DNA of 64,000 nucleotides from Candidatus Sumerlaeia bacterium (GTDB lineage Bacteria > Sumerlaeota > Sumerlaeia > SLMS01 > JANRJK01): NCBI GenBank assembly GCA_033764015.1, contig JANRJK010000019.1, positions 1 to 64,000 on the forward strand. The letters are read 5' to 3'. Made by a program: the position numbers and the translations under genes. Under the pieces are notes generated by a model, which had not been told where the DNA came from, ran no database searches, and saw only the letters and a list, made by a program, of their open reading frames with translations. Shown one piece after another: positions 49,734-59,802 of this stretch. Every line of letters begins with the position of its first letter. The stretch's first letter is position 1.

Positions 49734-50354
49734 GTGGCCCTTTCCGACGTACCGGTGGAACTCGTTCAGCGTTGCCGTGGCGGTGACTCCGCCGCCTTCG
49801 ACGAGCTGTTCACGATGTTGCACCAGGACCTGTACCGCTGGCTCTACTCGCTGCTCCGCAACGAGGACGACGCCGAAGAGGCCCTGCAGGAATGCTTCGT
49901 CCGCATCTACCGCCACATCGGATCACTCTCCGACGACCGCAAGTTCGCCGGCTGGGTCGGGCGCATGGTGGTGAACCTTGCGAACACCTGGCGCACCCGC
50001 GGCTCCAAGATCCGCTTCGAGGAATTCGAGCCCGCGATCGAAACCGAGGATTCGCAGCTACCGGTGCAGGCGAAGGCCGGCCCCAACCCGCGCGAAGCCG
50101 CCGAACGCAAGCAGGTGATGGCCCGCGTCAACGAAGCGATCACGCACCTCCCGCCGCGGCAGCGGACCGCCGTCCTCATGTTCGACGTCCAGGGGCACAG
50201 CATCGCCCATATCGCCGGACAGCTCGGGTGCAGCGAGGGGGCGGTCAAGTTCAACATCTTCCAAGGACGCAGGAAGCTCCGCGTCCTGCTCGCCGATCTG
50301 GCGGACGAACGGGGCCTCGGCCTCGGCGAACCGGAACCCCGGGGAAAGGAGTGA
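49734..50354 (+). CDS. ECF RNA polymerase sigma factor
   Basis: GDSAAFDEL, DAEEALQECF, FAGW..R..VN, LPPRQR..IAGQLG.SEGAVK. Confidence 0.93.
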   Translation: MALSDVPVELVQRCRGGDSAAFDELFTMLHQDLYRWLYSLLRNEDDAEEALQECFVRIYRHIGSLSDDRKFAGWVGRMVVNLANTWRTRGSKIRFEEFEPAIETEDSQLPVQAKAGPNPREAAERKQVMARVNEAITHLPPRQRTAVLMFDVQGHSIAHIAGQLGCSEGAVKFNIFQGRRKLRVLLADLADERGLGLGEPEPRGKE

Positions 50355-50360
50355 CCAGCC

Positions 50361-51842
50361 ATGGCACCGCATAACGAAGACCTCATGGAGCAGGAACTCC
50401 CCGCCGGCTGGGATCCCGCCGCCGACGCCGACGAGCGCTGGCTGGCCATCGCCGACTCGCTCCGCGAGGCGGACCCGGCTCCGCGCCTGCTTCCCGCCCA
50501 GAGCGACGCCCTCCGCGCGGAGATCCGCTCGCGCCTCGAGGCGGAGTCGCTCCTGCGCCCCGCCGACGCGGCGCGCGCCGGCGGTTTCGCCGACTGGCTC
50601 CGCACGCTATTCCTCGGCGGCGGCGTCGCCGCGCAGACCGTCCGCCTCGGCGTCGCCGCCGCGATCGCGGTCATGGTCGTGGCCCCCGACACGCCCCAGC
50701 CCGGCCTCGCGCCGGCGAACCGCCCCCGCCCCGTCGACGTTGTGGTGCAGCGCGACCTTCCCGCCGGCAACGCGATCGGCGAGGTGGCATCCGCGCCGGA
50801 AGCCGCAGCGCAGGCGCCGCCCCCCGCCACGGAAGGGCGGGCGATGGACGAAGTGGTCGCCTCCGCGCCCGGCACCCGTTCCGAGGTTGCCATGCGCGCA
50901 TTCCCCGCCGCGGACGCCGATGCGAAGCTGGCCGGCCAGTTCGCGATGGATTCGGGCTTCCCTTCCCTCGACGGCGCGCTCCTGGGCCGCGCGCTCCAGC
51001 AGGTGCAGGGCATCAAGCTCGCCTCCGTCGCGAAGGACGACCTCCGGATCGGGGCGCAGTTGCGGAACCTCGAGGCGCTGATCGTCGCCCTCGCCGGCGC
51101 CGCCTCCGACCCGGGCATCCAGCTCGAAGTCGCCGCCCTCGCCGAGTACGCCCGCGGCGAGCAGGCGCTCGAAGCGCTCCGCCCGGACGAGGCGCTCGCC
51201 GCCTTCGACGCCGCCCGCGCCGCGTCCCCCGACGGCCTTGTCGGCTTCCTCGCGCTTTACCAGACCGCCCGCGTCCAGTTCGAGTACCGGAACGACTTCG
51301 AGGCCGCCGAGGCGACCTACCGCCGCTGCCTCGACGAGTTCCCCGAGCAGCTCCTTCCCCCCGACGTGCAGAGCGAAGTGGCGGACCGCCTCCGCCTCCT
51401 CGCCCAGAGCGCCCCGCTCGGTCATCGCGACCTGCGCATCTGGCAGGCCGCCACGCGCACCGCCTCGCCGGTCGCCCGCGCGGACCGGCTGCGGGAACTC
51501 CTCGCCTCGTATCCGGATTCGGCCCTCGCCGCGCCCGCGGCGGAGGAACTCGGCGCCCTGCTCGTGGCCGACGCCGGCCTCCAGCGCCTGAACCTCGACG
51601 ACTCGATGGCCCTCCTCGAATCCACCGTCGCCTCCCGCGAGGACGGACCCGAGACCGCGCGGATCCAGTTCACCCTGGCGGAGCTGGTGTACCGCCGCGC
51701 CATGAACCCCCGCCGCGCCACCGCCGAATACCGCGAAGTCCTCCGCATGGGCGCCGACCGCGAGCTCCGCAGCCGCGCCGAGGAGCGCCTCGCCAGCGTC
51801 GCGGTGGACCGGCTCACCTGGCCGACGGCGATGGAAAACTAG
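50361..51842 (+). CDS. Putative anti-sigma factor / TM protein with TPR-like C-terminus
   Basis: Directly after the ECF sigma; single TM; helical repeats (LDEFP, LASYPDS). Confidence 0.6.
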   Translation: MAPHNEDLMEQELPAGWDPAADADERWLAIADSLREADPAPRLLPAQSDALRAEIRSRLEAESLLRPADAARAGGFADWLRTLFLGGGVAAQTVRLGVAAAIAVMVVAPDTPQPGLAPANRPRPVDVVVQRDLPAGNAIGEVASAPEAAAQAPPPATEGRAMDEVVASAPGTRSEVAMRAFPAADADAKLAGQFAMDSGFPSLDGALLGRALQQVQGIKLASVAKDDLRIGAQLRNLEALIVALAGAASDPGIQLEVAALAEYARGEQALEALRPDEALAAFDAARAASPDGLVGFLALYQTARVQFEYRNDFEAAEATYRRCLDEFPEQLLPPDVQSEVADRLRLLAQSAPLGHRDLRIWQAATRTASPVARADRLRELLASYPDSALAAPAAEELGALLVADAGLQRLNLDDSMALLESTVASREDGPETARIQFTLAELVYRRAMNPRRATAEYREVLRMGADRELRSRAEERLASVAVDRLTWPTAMEN

Positions 51843-51847
51843 TCCCT

Positions 51848-52843
51848 GTGGCGGCGCCGGCGGAACCGCACTGGCGCGAGGACCCGGTGACCCGCGAGCG
51901 GGTCATCATCGCGCCCCTCCGCGCCGCCCGTCCCTTCACCGCCCCCGCGCTCGCCGCCGGGCCGCCGTACGACGCCGCCCGCGATCCCTTCGCCCCGGGC
52001 AACGAATCCGAGACCCCGCCGGAGATCGCCGCCGTCCGCGCCGGCGGCGCCCCCGCCGACGGGGTCGGCTGGACCACGCGCCTCGTCCCGAACCGCTATC
52101 CGGCGCTGACGCCCAACTGCGTCGCCCCCGCGCCCGGCCCCGGAGGTCCGGGCCACGGGTTCCACGAGGTCCTCATCGAGTCCCCCGGCATGGAACCCTT
52201 CGACGAACTCCCGCCGGCGCGCGCCGCCGACGCCTTGGTGCTCCTCGCGCGCCGCGTCGCCGAGCTTTACCGCGAGCCCGGCGTCGCGGCCGTCGAGGTG
52301 TTCAAGAACCACGGACGGCTCGCCGGCGCCTCCCTCGAGCACCCGCACTTCCAGCTCCTCGCGCTGCCCTTCCTGCCGGCCCGCACCGCGGCGGTCGTTG
52401 ACTCTGTCAAGGAATACGCCGCGCGCACGGGGCGCGACCTCGGCGCCGACCACGTGGCGGGGGAGGAGGCCGCCGTGGAGCGCCTGCTCCACCGCTCGCC
52501 GCGGTTCCTCTGCGCCTGCCCCTTCGCCTCGCGCGTCCCCTTCGAGCAGGCCCTATGGCGCCTCGGAGGCGCCGCGCCCTTCCACGGCGAGCCGGAGGAC
52601 GCGCTCTCGGAGGCGGCGGAGCAGTTCCGCGCCATGGTGCGCCGGATGCGCCGCGCCTGCGGCGACCCGCCTTACAACGCGCTGCTGCGTTCCCTGCCGC
52701 CGGGCTGCGGCGCCGCGCTCCCCTGGAGCCTGCACCTGCTGCCGCGCCGCGGCGTCTTCGGCGGCTTCGAATGGGCCACCGGCGCCTACATCAACTCGAC
52801 CCCGCCGGAGGACGCCGCCGCCCGGCTCCGGGCCGCGGTGTGA
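51848..52843 (+). CDS. galT: Galactose-1-phosphate uridylyltransferase (GalT type I)
   Basis: WREDPVT, PFAPGNE, VPNRYPAL, GFHEVLIE, KNHG..AGASLEHPHFQ, GGFEWATG. Confidence 0.88.
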   Translation: MAAPAEPHWREDPVTRERVIIAPLRAARPFTAPALAAGPPYDAARDPFAPGNESETPPEIAAVRAGGAPADGVGWTTRLVPNRYPALTPNCVAPAPGPGGPGHGFHEVLIESPGMEPFDELPPARAADALVLLARRVAELYREPGVAAVEVFKNHGRLAGASLEHPHFQLLALPFLPARTAAVVDSVKEYAARTGRDLGADHVAGEEAAVERLLHRSPRFLCACPFASRVPFEQALWRLGGAAPFHGEPEDALSEAAEQFRAMVRRMRRACGDPPYNALLRSLPPGCGAALPWSLHLLPRRGVFGGFEWATGAYINSTPPEDAAARLRAAV

Positions 52844-54148
52844 TCAGCGCCCCGCGGACAGCTCCGCCAGCACGGTCCGGTTGCTGATCCAGGGGAACTG
52901 CATCGCCTCCGCGTTCTTCGCGAAGTCGGGGTACGTCATCTCGACGAAGGCGGACAGCTCCCGCGCCATGTCCAGCGCGTCCTTCGGCGGGCAGGGGACG
53001 GTGCCGTGCGCGAGCACCAGCCGCCGCCGCGCCTCCAGCACCTGCTGGAACGACGTGTTCTCGCGGAACGCGGTTCCCAGCGGATGGCCGAGGGTCTCGA
53101 GCAGTTCGTAGGACCGGCGCAGGCCGAGCTTGATCGTCGCGTCGTCGATCCTGCGCAGCGACTCGAACATGGCGCGGCGCCGCGGCGGCACGCGCCGGAT
53201 GTCCAGCCGGTCCGTCCGCAGGCCGTACTCCTTGAAGATCACCGCCTGCGCGTAGAGCTCCGCCGCGCGGTAGAGGCGGGCAAGCGCGTCGTCGAAGCGG
53301 TGCTCGCGCAGGCGGCGCACCGCGTTGTTGAAGAGGTCCACGATGAGTTCCGGCGGGAAGTCCACGCACTCGCGCCCGGTGCGCGCGATGGGGCGCAGCA
53401 GCTCGATCGCGCGCGGGCGCAGCCGCAGCCCCTTCAGCCTCCCCTTCGCGGGGATCCGCGCCTCGTGGCGCTCGTACTCCGACAGGAAGGTGTCCACCTG
53501 GAAGTTGTCCCACGCGCCGTAGGCGACGGCGAACGCCTCGACCAGTTCGCGGCGCTCGCGGGCCGGGGGCGGCAGCAGCGAGGCGTCCAGCGAATGCGCC
53601 GTCTCCGCCGCCTTGTCGAAGCGCTGCTCGAAGAAGAAGTCGGTCGCCTCGTCCAGCCGGCGCCGCGCGACGAGCGCCGCCGGCGTGCTGGCGTGCACCG
53701 CTTCGGACGCGCCGGCGCTCCCCTTCGGCGCGGGCAGCAGGTAGCGCAGCCCCTCGATCCCCGCGCCGACCGCCGCGAGCACCGCCCCCGCGGACATCGC
53801 CTTGGTCCCCGCGGTGTAGTTCAGCACGATCCGCCGCCGGTCGAAGCCGCCGTCCAGCAGCGCCTCGATCTCCTCGCTGGCCCGCGAGTACGCCTCGTCG
53901 ATCGAGTGGTGCGACTCTAGGAGCACCAGCCGGAACTTGCCCTTCGGCAGCCGGAGGCCGGCGCGCAGCCGTTCCGCGTTGTCGACCGAATCGCCGGTGG
54001 CCATCACCGACAGGTGCGCCGGGCGCAGCGGCTTCAAGTCCGCGATCAGCGCCTCGACCACGTCGCTGGGGACGCCGGAGGGCGTGGTGCCGATGGTGAC
54101 GAGGTGGGCGGTGTCGGCGTTTGTCGCGGCGGGGGGCTTGCGGGGCAT
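52844..54148 (-). CDS. CARF-HEPN protein, TIGR02710 family (Csm6-like)
   Basis: LVTIGTTP, NYTAGTKAMSAG (CARF), DLFNNAVRR..RFDDALARLYRAAEL.AQ, LGLRRSYELL, C-terminal RRRLVLAHG (HEPN-like). Confidence 0.85.
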   Translation of the reverse strand: MPRKPPAATNADTAHLVTIGTTPSGVPSDVVEALIADLKPLRPAHLSVMATGDSVDNAERLRAGLRLPKGKFRLVLLESHHSIDEAYSRASEEIEALLDGGFDRRRIVLNYTAGTKAMSAGAVLAAVGAGIEGLRYLLPAPKGSAGASEAVHASTPAALVARRRLDEATDFFFEQRFDKAAETAHSLDASLLPPPARERRELVEAFAVAYGAWDNFQVDTFLSEYERHEARIPAKGRLKGLRLRPRAIELLRPIARTGRECVDFPPELIVDLFNNAVRRLREHRFDDALARLYRAAELYAQAVIFKEYGLRTDRLDIRRVPPRRRAMFESLRRIDDATIKLGLRRSYELLETLGHPLGTAFRENTSFQQVLEARRRLVLAHGTVPCPPKDALDMARELSAFVEMTYPDFAKNAEAMQFPWISNRTVLAELSAGR

Positions 54149-54320
54149 CGGCGGGGCGGGCTCCAGGCGGTCTGGTGGATGGGCGACCGTTCACGCCGGG
54201 CCGCCGCGGGGTCAACGGCCCCTTGCCCGCGGGGAATCCGCCCTTGCCACGCGAGCGGCGCGTTCACCTCTATGTCCAAGACGCGCACAGCGCCAAACGC
54301 CAAGCCCCGCAGGACCCCGC

Positions 54321-54605
54321 ATGAAGCTCAACCCCGGACTCCGCGAACAGACCGAAGAGAAGGTGCTCCTCGTCGTGCGCTCAAAGAGCAACGGCGGCAC
54401 CCGCATAGACTGGTTCCCCTCCGTCGAGGAGGCGCAGGCCCACGACATGGAAGTCCTCGAGGTGCGCGAGCGCATCCAGCTCGCGAAGAAGCCCGAGGCC
54501 ACCGGCTTCATGAAGCTGCTCGAAATGACGCTGGGCCGCGCCGCGTCCCAGGACCGCCTGATCCACGAGAAGACGCTGCGCCAGAAGGAATACTTCCGCC
54601 GCTAG
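54321..54605 (+). CDS. Small hypothetical protein
   Basis: 94-aa ORF, AGGA upstream, host-like codon usage, precedes pilT. Confidence 0.65.
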   Translation: MKLNPGLREQTEEKVLLVVRSKSNGGTRIDWFPSVEEAQAHDMEVLEVRERIQLAKKPEATGFMKLLEMTLGRAASQDRLIHEKTLRQKEYFRR

Positions 54606-54648
54606 CACCGGCGCGCGCGGACCCCACACCCGAGGAGCTACCACCGCC

Positions 54649-55743
54649 GTGGCGATGAACTTCAACGCGCTGCTCATCGGAGCCGTCCAGAACGGCGCCT
54701 CCGACGTGCACATTATCGAGGGACAGCTCCCGTACTTCCGCATCCGCGGCGACCTCAAGCGCGTCGAGACACCGCCCCTCTCCCACGACGACATGGTCGC
54801 CCTCCTCAAGCAGATCATGCCGGACCGCTACAAGTCCGACCTCGAAGCCAACTACGGCGTCGACTTCTCCTACCAGCACGAGACCATCGCCCGCTTCCGC
54901 TGCGTCGCCTACTACCAGGACAGCAAGCTCGCGGTCGCCATGCGCAACATCCCGCTCAAGGTGCCGTCCATCGACGACATGCACCTGCCCGAGGTGCTGA
55001 AGAAGATCGCCATGCTGCACCGCGGAATGGTGCTCGTCACCGGCATCACGGGCTCCGGCAAGTCCACCACGCTCGCCTCGATGCTGAACCACATGAACAC
55101 CCTCGAGGCGCGCCGCATCATCACCATCGAGGACCCGATCGAGTTCAAGTACGCCAACGTGAAGAGCGTCATCTCGCAGCGCGAGATCGGGCGCGACGTC
55201 GCGGACTTCCCCTCCGCGCTCCGCCAGGCGATGCGCGCCGACCCGGACGTGATCCTGGTCGGCGAAATGCGCGACCAGCAGACGATCCGCATCGGCATCA
55301 AGGCCGCCGAAACGGGCCACCTCGTCTTCTCCACGCTCCACACCCGCGGCGCCGTCCACACGATCCAGCGCATCATGGGCTACTTCGACCTCGCGGAGCA
55401 CGACCTCCTCCGCGACCAGCTCTCGCTCAACCTCGCCGCCGTCATCACGCAGCGGCTCGTCAAGACCGTGGACGGCAAGGGCCGCCGCGCCGCCCAGGAG
55501 ATCATGATCGTCAACGGCATCATCAAGAAGCTGATCCGCGAAGGGCGCGTGCTCGACATCGGCGGCGTCATGGCGGGCCGCGACGAAGGCATGCAGAACA
55601 TGGACCAGGCGCTCGCCGAACTGGTGCGCGAAAAGGCGATCTCGACGGACGAAGGCGCCAAGTTCTGCGACGACTTCTACGCCATGAAGCGCTACATCGC
55701 CGGCGTCTCCTCCTCCGCCGACAAGGGCGGCATCGTCGGCTAA
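54649..55743 (+). CDS. pilT: PilT/PilU type IV pilus retraction ATPase
   Basis: ASDVHI, GITGSGKST, TIEDPIEF, MRADPDVILVGEMRD, AAETGHLVFSTLHT. Confidence 0.9.
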   Translation: MAMNFNALLIGAVQNGASDVHIIEGQLPYFRIRGDLKRVETPPLSHDDMVALLKQIMPDRYKSDLEANYGVDFSYQHETIARFRCVAYYQDSKLAVAMRNIPLKVPSIDDMHLPEVLKKIAMLHRGMVLVTGITGSGKSTTLASMLNHMNTLEARRIITIEDPIEFKYANVKSVISQREIGRDVADFPSALRQAMRADPDVILVGEMRDQQTIRIGIKAAETGHLVFSTLHTRGAVHTIQRIMGYFDLAEHDLLRDQLSLNLAAVITQRLVKTVDGKGRRAAQEIMIVNGIIKKLIREGRVLDIGGVMAGRDEGMQNMDQALAELVREKAISTDEGAKFCDDFYAMKRYIAGVSSSADKGGIVG

Positions 55744-55766
55744 GGGCCGCGGCGCGCAACCCGGCC

Positions 55767-56366
55767 ATGTGGCTCGTCGTCGGACTCGGCAACCCGGGCA
55801 CTCGCTACGAGCGCACGCCGCACAACTTCGGCTTCGACGTCGTCGACCTCTTCGCGCGCCGCCACGGCCTGCGCTGGCACGAGGAGCGCCGCTTCCAATG
55901 CGCCGCCACCCACCGGGGCGAGGGCGAGGACCGCGTCTACCTCGCCAAGCCCGCCACGTTCATGAACCTCTCCGGCGAAAGCGCCGGCCCCTTCTCGCGC
56001 TACTACAAGATCCCCCCGGAGCGCGTCCTCGCCATCAGCGACGACGTCGCGCTGCCGATGGGGCGCCTCCGCGTCCGCGAAGGCGGATCCAGCGGCGGCC
56101 ACAACGGCCTCAACAACCTCATCCAACACCTCGGCACGCAGGACTTCCCGCGCCTGCGCCTCGGCATCGAGCCCACCGGCGTCCAGAAGATCCCGCTTCG
56201 CGAGTTCGTCCTCATGAAAACGCACGGCGCCTACGCCGAGGACGCCGCCTACATGACGGAGATCGCCTGCGACTGCCTAGAGGCGATCCTCCGCGACGGC
56301 GTCGCCAAGGCCGCCGGAAAGTACAACGGCTTCGACGCCCGCAAGGCCGCGGAGGGAGCGGATTGA
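55767..56366 (+). CDS. pth: Peptidyl-tRNA hydrolase
   Basis: VGLGNPG..Y..T.HNFGF, KP.TFMNLSG, GGHNGL, RLRLGI. Confidence 0.96.
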   Translation: MWLVVGLGNPGTRYERTPHNFGFDVVDLFARRHGLRWHEERRFQCAATHRGEGEDRVYLAKPATFMNLSGESAGPFSRYYKIPPERVLAISDDVALPMGRLRVREGGSSGGHNGLNNLIQHLGTQDFPRLRLGIEPTGVQKIPLREFVLMKTHGAYAEDAAYMTEIACDCLEAILRDGVAKAAGKYNGFDARKAAEGAD

Positions 56367-56494
56367 CAGGCGCTCCGGCGCGGTTCCCCGTCGCGATCCT
56401 CCAAGCGGAAAGGCTTGACAGCACCTTGGCCGCCGAGGCTCACTTCCACGCTTGTGTTATGGCGGTATTCGCCGCCCACCCGCAGGAGTCCTGA

Positions 56495-56872
<378 letters not shown>

Positions 56873-56913
56873 CCTCAGACCCCAGACTTCATACGCTCCG
56901 AAAGGTTTCCACG

Positions 56914-57435
56914 GTGCCCAAGCGCAAGAAAAAGGACCAGCGGTCACGCAGCCAACGCAAGATGTCGCGCCGCCGCATACCCCCCGGCCGCGGCCTAGTA
57001 CCCGATCTCCGCTACGGCAGCACGCTCGTCAGCAAATTCATCAACGCCATCATGGTCGACGGCAAGAAGTCCGTCGCCCAGTCGATCTTCTACGGCGCCA
57101 TGGACATCATCAAGGCCAAGATGCCCGAGCAGGAGCCCGTCGAGGTCTTCAACAAGGCGATCGACAACATCAAGCCGATCGTCGAAGTGAAGAGCCGCCG
57201 CGTCGGTGGCGCCAACTACCAGGTCCCCATCGAAGTCAAGACGCACCGCCAGCAGGCCCTCGCCTTCCGCTGGCTCGTCAACTACACCCGCGCACGCGGC
57301 GAACGCGGCACCGCCGCCAAGCTCGCGAACGAGGTCATGGACGCCTTCAACGGCACCGGTGGCGCCTTCAAGAAGAAGGAAGACACCCACCGCATGGCCG
57401 AAGCCAACAAGGCCTTCGCCCACTACCGCTGGTAA
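56914..57435 (+). CDS. rpsG: 30S ribosomal protein S7
   Basis: [36 protein letters not shown]; start GTG 56914 (after GAAAGG) or ATG 56962. Confidence 0.97.
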   Translation: MPKRKKKDQRSRSQRKMSRRRIPPGRGLVPDLRYGSTLVSKFINAIMVDGKKSVAQSIFYGAMDIIKAKMPEQEPVEVFNKAIDNIKPIVEVKSRRVGGANYQVPIEVKTHRQQALAFRWLVNYTRARGERGTAAKLANEVMDAFNGTGGAFKKKEDTHRMAEANKAFAHYRW

Positions 57436-57482
57436 CCCGGCCGCGCGTCCGCGCGCGAGCAGTCGACCCCGAACAACAAGCG

Positions 57483-57518
57483 CGCCCCGCCGGACCATCC
57501 GGCGGGGCGGTTTCGTTT
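57483..57518 (+). terminator. Intrinsic terminator after rpsG
   Basis: CGCCCCGCCGGA/TCCGGCGGGGCG followed by GTTTCGTTT. Confidence 0.75.
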
Positions 57519-57546
57519 CGCTTCGAGACCAAGAGCTGCGCCCCGG

Positions 57547-58569
57547 CTACCGACCGGGTGCGAAGTCCAAGGTCGCCTCGTTGAAGACGAGCCGCCTTCC
57601 GGTCTTCGAGTTCGGATCCTCGAAAATCGGGATCGGCGCCGCCCCCGAATCTCCCGACCGGTAGAACAAGGAACGCTCCGCCAATCCCGCCGGCGAGACA
57701 ATGTCCCGAGCAGGATCAACAGGGCGAACCTCCTCCAGCGTATACGTACTCCGGCTCTTCGCGACCGCCTCGTACTCCCCCAACAGGGCGCGCAGCTCCG
57801 CGGCGGATGTTGCGCTCCGGAGGTCGGTGCGGATCCCGTAAGAAGTCTCCGTCACCTGATGACCGGGCTCGTTCGGACGGCCTCCGGATGTTTGCATCGA
57901 AATCGACGGGAGAAAGGTCACCTCGGAGCCGCTGCCCCAAACCACGGCGGTCCCTGCCGCACTCCTCGTGACGCTTCCATTGGAAGCGTCGATGAAGTCG
58001 AAGAAACCGCTGTAGGTGGTGAAGCCCTCTTGCGTTGCGACTGGTTCCTTCCCCGACACCCAGAGCACGCCCGGCTCGGGGGCCGATATCAGGTACGGAC
58101 GCGAGGACCTCGAAACCTCTTCCACCATCAACGCCCGGCTGGACACGGAATCCGGGCCAACGATCATGTCTCCGACTACACTGAAGGGGGGAACGAACGT
58201 GGCAACGCTTGAGGCACTCGGGAACGCCGTGTAGGCTCCCCCCATCCATTCCACGGTCAGGACGCCATCCCAGAACATCAAGAACTGTGGCGAGGCCGCA
58301 AGCGTCGGGTCGGTCGTCTCCATATGCTGGAACACGACTGATCGATCCGTAGCAATCGCCTTGAAGTCAAAAGACTTGGACTCCGACGGCGCCTTCCCGC
58401 CGCCTGCCTGTTCGGAGCGAAGCGAGTAACGGAACACGGTACCGGACTCCAACGGCGCGATGGCCGAGTACAGCTCTAGCGCTTCGCTCGGGGTTGATTC
58501 GACGACCTTCATGTTGATCGGCGCCTCGACCGATGCGCCGAGGCTGAGAACTAGGAATGCGAGGACCAT
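57547..58569 (-). CDS. Secreted hypothetical protein
   Basis: Signal-like MVLAFLVLSLGASVEA; GAAAGGAG upstream; AT-richer than the flanks. Confidence 0.7.
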   Translation of the reverse strand: MVLAFLVLSLGASVEAPINMKVVESTPSEALELYSAIAPLESGTVFRYSLRSEQAGGGKAPSESKSFDFKAIATDRSVVFQHMETTDPTLAASPQFLMFWDGVLTVEWMGGAYTAFPSASSVATFVPPFSVVGDMIVGPDSVSSRALMVEEVSRSSRPYLISAPEPGVLWVSGKEPVATQEGFTTYSGFFDFIDASNGSVTRSAAGTAVVWGSGSEVTFLPSISMQTSGGRPNEPGHQVTETSYGIRTDLRSATSAAELRALLGEYEAVAKSRSTYTLEEVRPVDPARDIVSPAGLAERSLFYRSGDSGAAPIPIFEDPNSKTGRRLVFNEATLDFAPGR

Positions 58570-58587
58570 CTGGTGTCTCCTTTCGGG

Positions 58588-59031
58588 TCAACCTGCGGGG
58601 AAGCTCAGGCTCGGATGATTGCAGCCGATCGTGCTGTAGAAGACCGTCGCAAGACCGAGTCGACAGGAGTAACTGCCGGTTCGGCGGTTATAGATCGTGG
58701 TCCACGGTCTCCTCGTAACGCAGGGGATCGTTCCGGCGTTGCACTCCTTGTTAATGGCGGCCGCGCAGGAAGCGAAGTTCGGAGTTGGGTCGTACTGGTA
58801 AGCGTCGATGGTATCCGCGCAGGATTGCCAACCGTTCGGCAAGATTCCACAGTACCCCGCGCCTGGTTCAAGGCAGATATCGTAATCGTCGTCGGGTGGG
58901 ACCACACACGGATTGGCCGTCAACACGCATTCGGCTCCCGGCCAAACCTCCGCGTGGACTTTCGCCAAAGTTAAGGGGATCGCCGACAGCACAGCAAGCG
59001 CTGAGAGTAGCCCGGTGATGGATCTCCTCAT
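58588..59031 (-). CDS. Small secreted cysteine-rich protein (10 Cys)
   Basis: MRRSITGLLSALAVLSAIPLTLAKVHA signal; GGGAG upstream; 10 Cys in about 120 mature residues. Confidence 0.72.
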   Translation of the reverse strand: MRRSITGLLSALAVLSAIPLTLAKVHAEVWPGAECVLTANPCVVPPDDDYDICLEPGAGYCGILPNGWQSCADTIDAYQYDPTPNFASCAAAINKECNAGTIPCVTRRPWTTIYNRRTGSYSCRLGLATVFYSTIGCNHPSLSFPAG

Positions 59032-59210
59032 CTCTATCTCCCTAAAGGGTGGAAATCTCACTCGATCAAGTCGAGATAGGGGGTCGCTACCCCCCCCCTC
59101 ATCCGTCAACAGAAAACTTCAAGCGGTCAAGGCGCGATACCTTGCGCCGATTCCGGCGCGGCGCGCCTCCGCCCCGCCGGCGATCCCGGCTAAATCCCAC
59201 CGCCCACTCC

Positions 59211-59254
59211 AAAAGCCGGCGCGCCGGGAGGCTTTCGGCCCCCCGGCGCGCGGC
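59211..59254 (-). terminator. Intrinsic terminator after rplL
   Basis: GCGCGCCGGG..CCCGGCGCGC stem followed by TTTT on the minus strand. Confidence 0.75.
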
Positions 59255-59304
59255 TGTTGTCCGCGTCCCGATCCGGAACGCAAGACCTTGTGGAAGCGGC
59301 CTGC

Positions 59305-59682
59305 TTACTCGATGACGACGACGGCGCCGACGGCCTCGAGCTGCTTCTTGACCTTCTCCGCGTCGGCCTTCGGGACGTCCTTGACGACTTCCTTCGGGGC
59401 GCCTTCGACGAGATCCTTGGCCTCCTTGAGGCCGAGGTTCGTGATCGCGCGGACTTCCTTGATGACCTTGATCTTCTCGGCACCGCCGTCCTTGAGGATG
59501 ACCGTGAACTCGGTCTTCTCCTCAACGGGGGCCGCCGCCGCGGCCGGAGCCGCGCCGCCCGCTACCGCCACCGGGGCGGCGGAGACGCCGAACGTCTCCT
59601 CCATCAGCTTCACAAGCTCCACCACTTCCATGAGCGGCTTCGCCTTGATCGCCTCGACGATTTCCTGGTTCGAGAGAGCCAT
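59305..59682 (-). CDS. rplL: 50S ribosomal protein L7/L12
   Basis: [35 protein letters not shown]. Confidence 0.98.
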   Translation of the reverse strand: MALSNQEIVEAIKAKPLMEVVELVKLMEETFGVSAAPVAVAGGAAPAAAAAPVEEKTEFTVILKDGGAEKIKVIKEVRAITNLGLKEAKDLVEGAPKEVVKDVPKADAEKVKKQLEAVGAVVVIE

Positions 59683-59802
59683 GATTCGAATCGTTCCTTT
59701 CCGAACGTCAGAGTGTTTGTCCCCCGCTACCCGGGGGGGGCGGGGCCGCTGCGGGCCACCGCGTTGGGAACTACGCCAATGGGTTCGGGCCGGGGCGCCG
59801 CG

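Noticed and set aside
52000..56000. CRISPR array or cas operon near the CARF gene
   Set aside because: No regularly spaced direct repeats or cas-like ORFs seen here or elsewhere in the window
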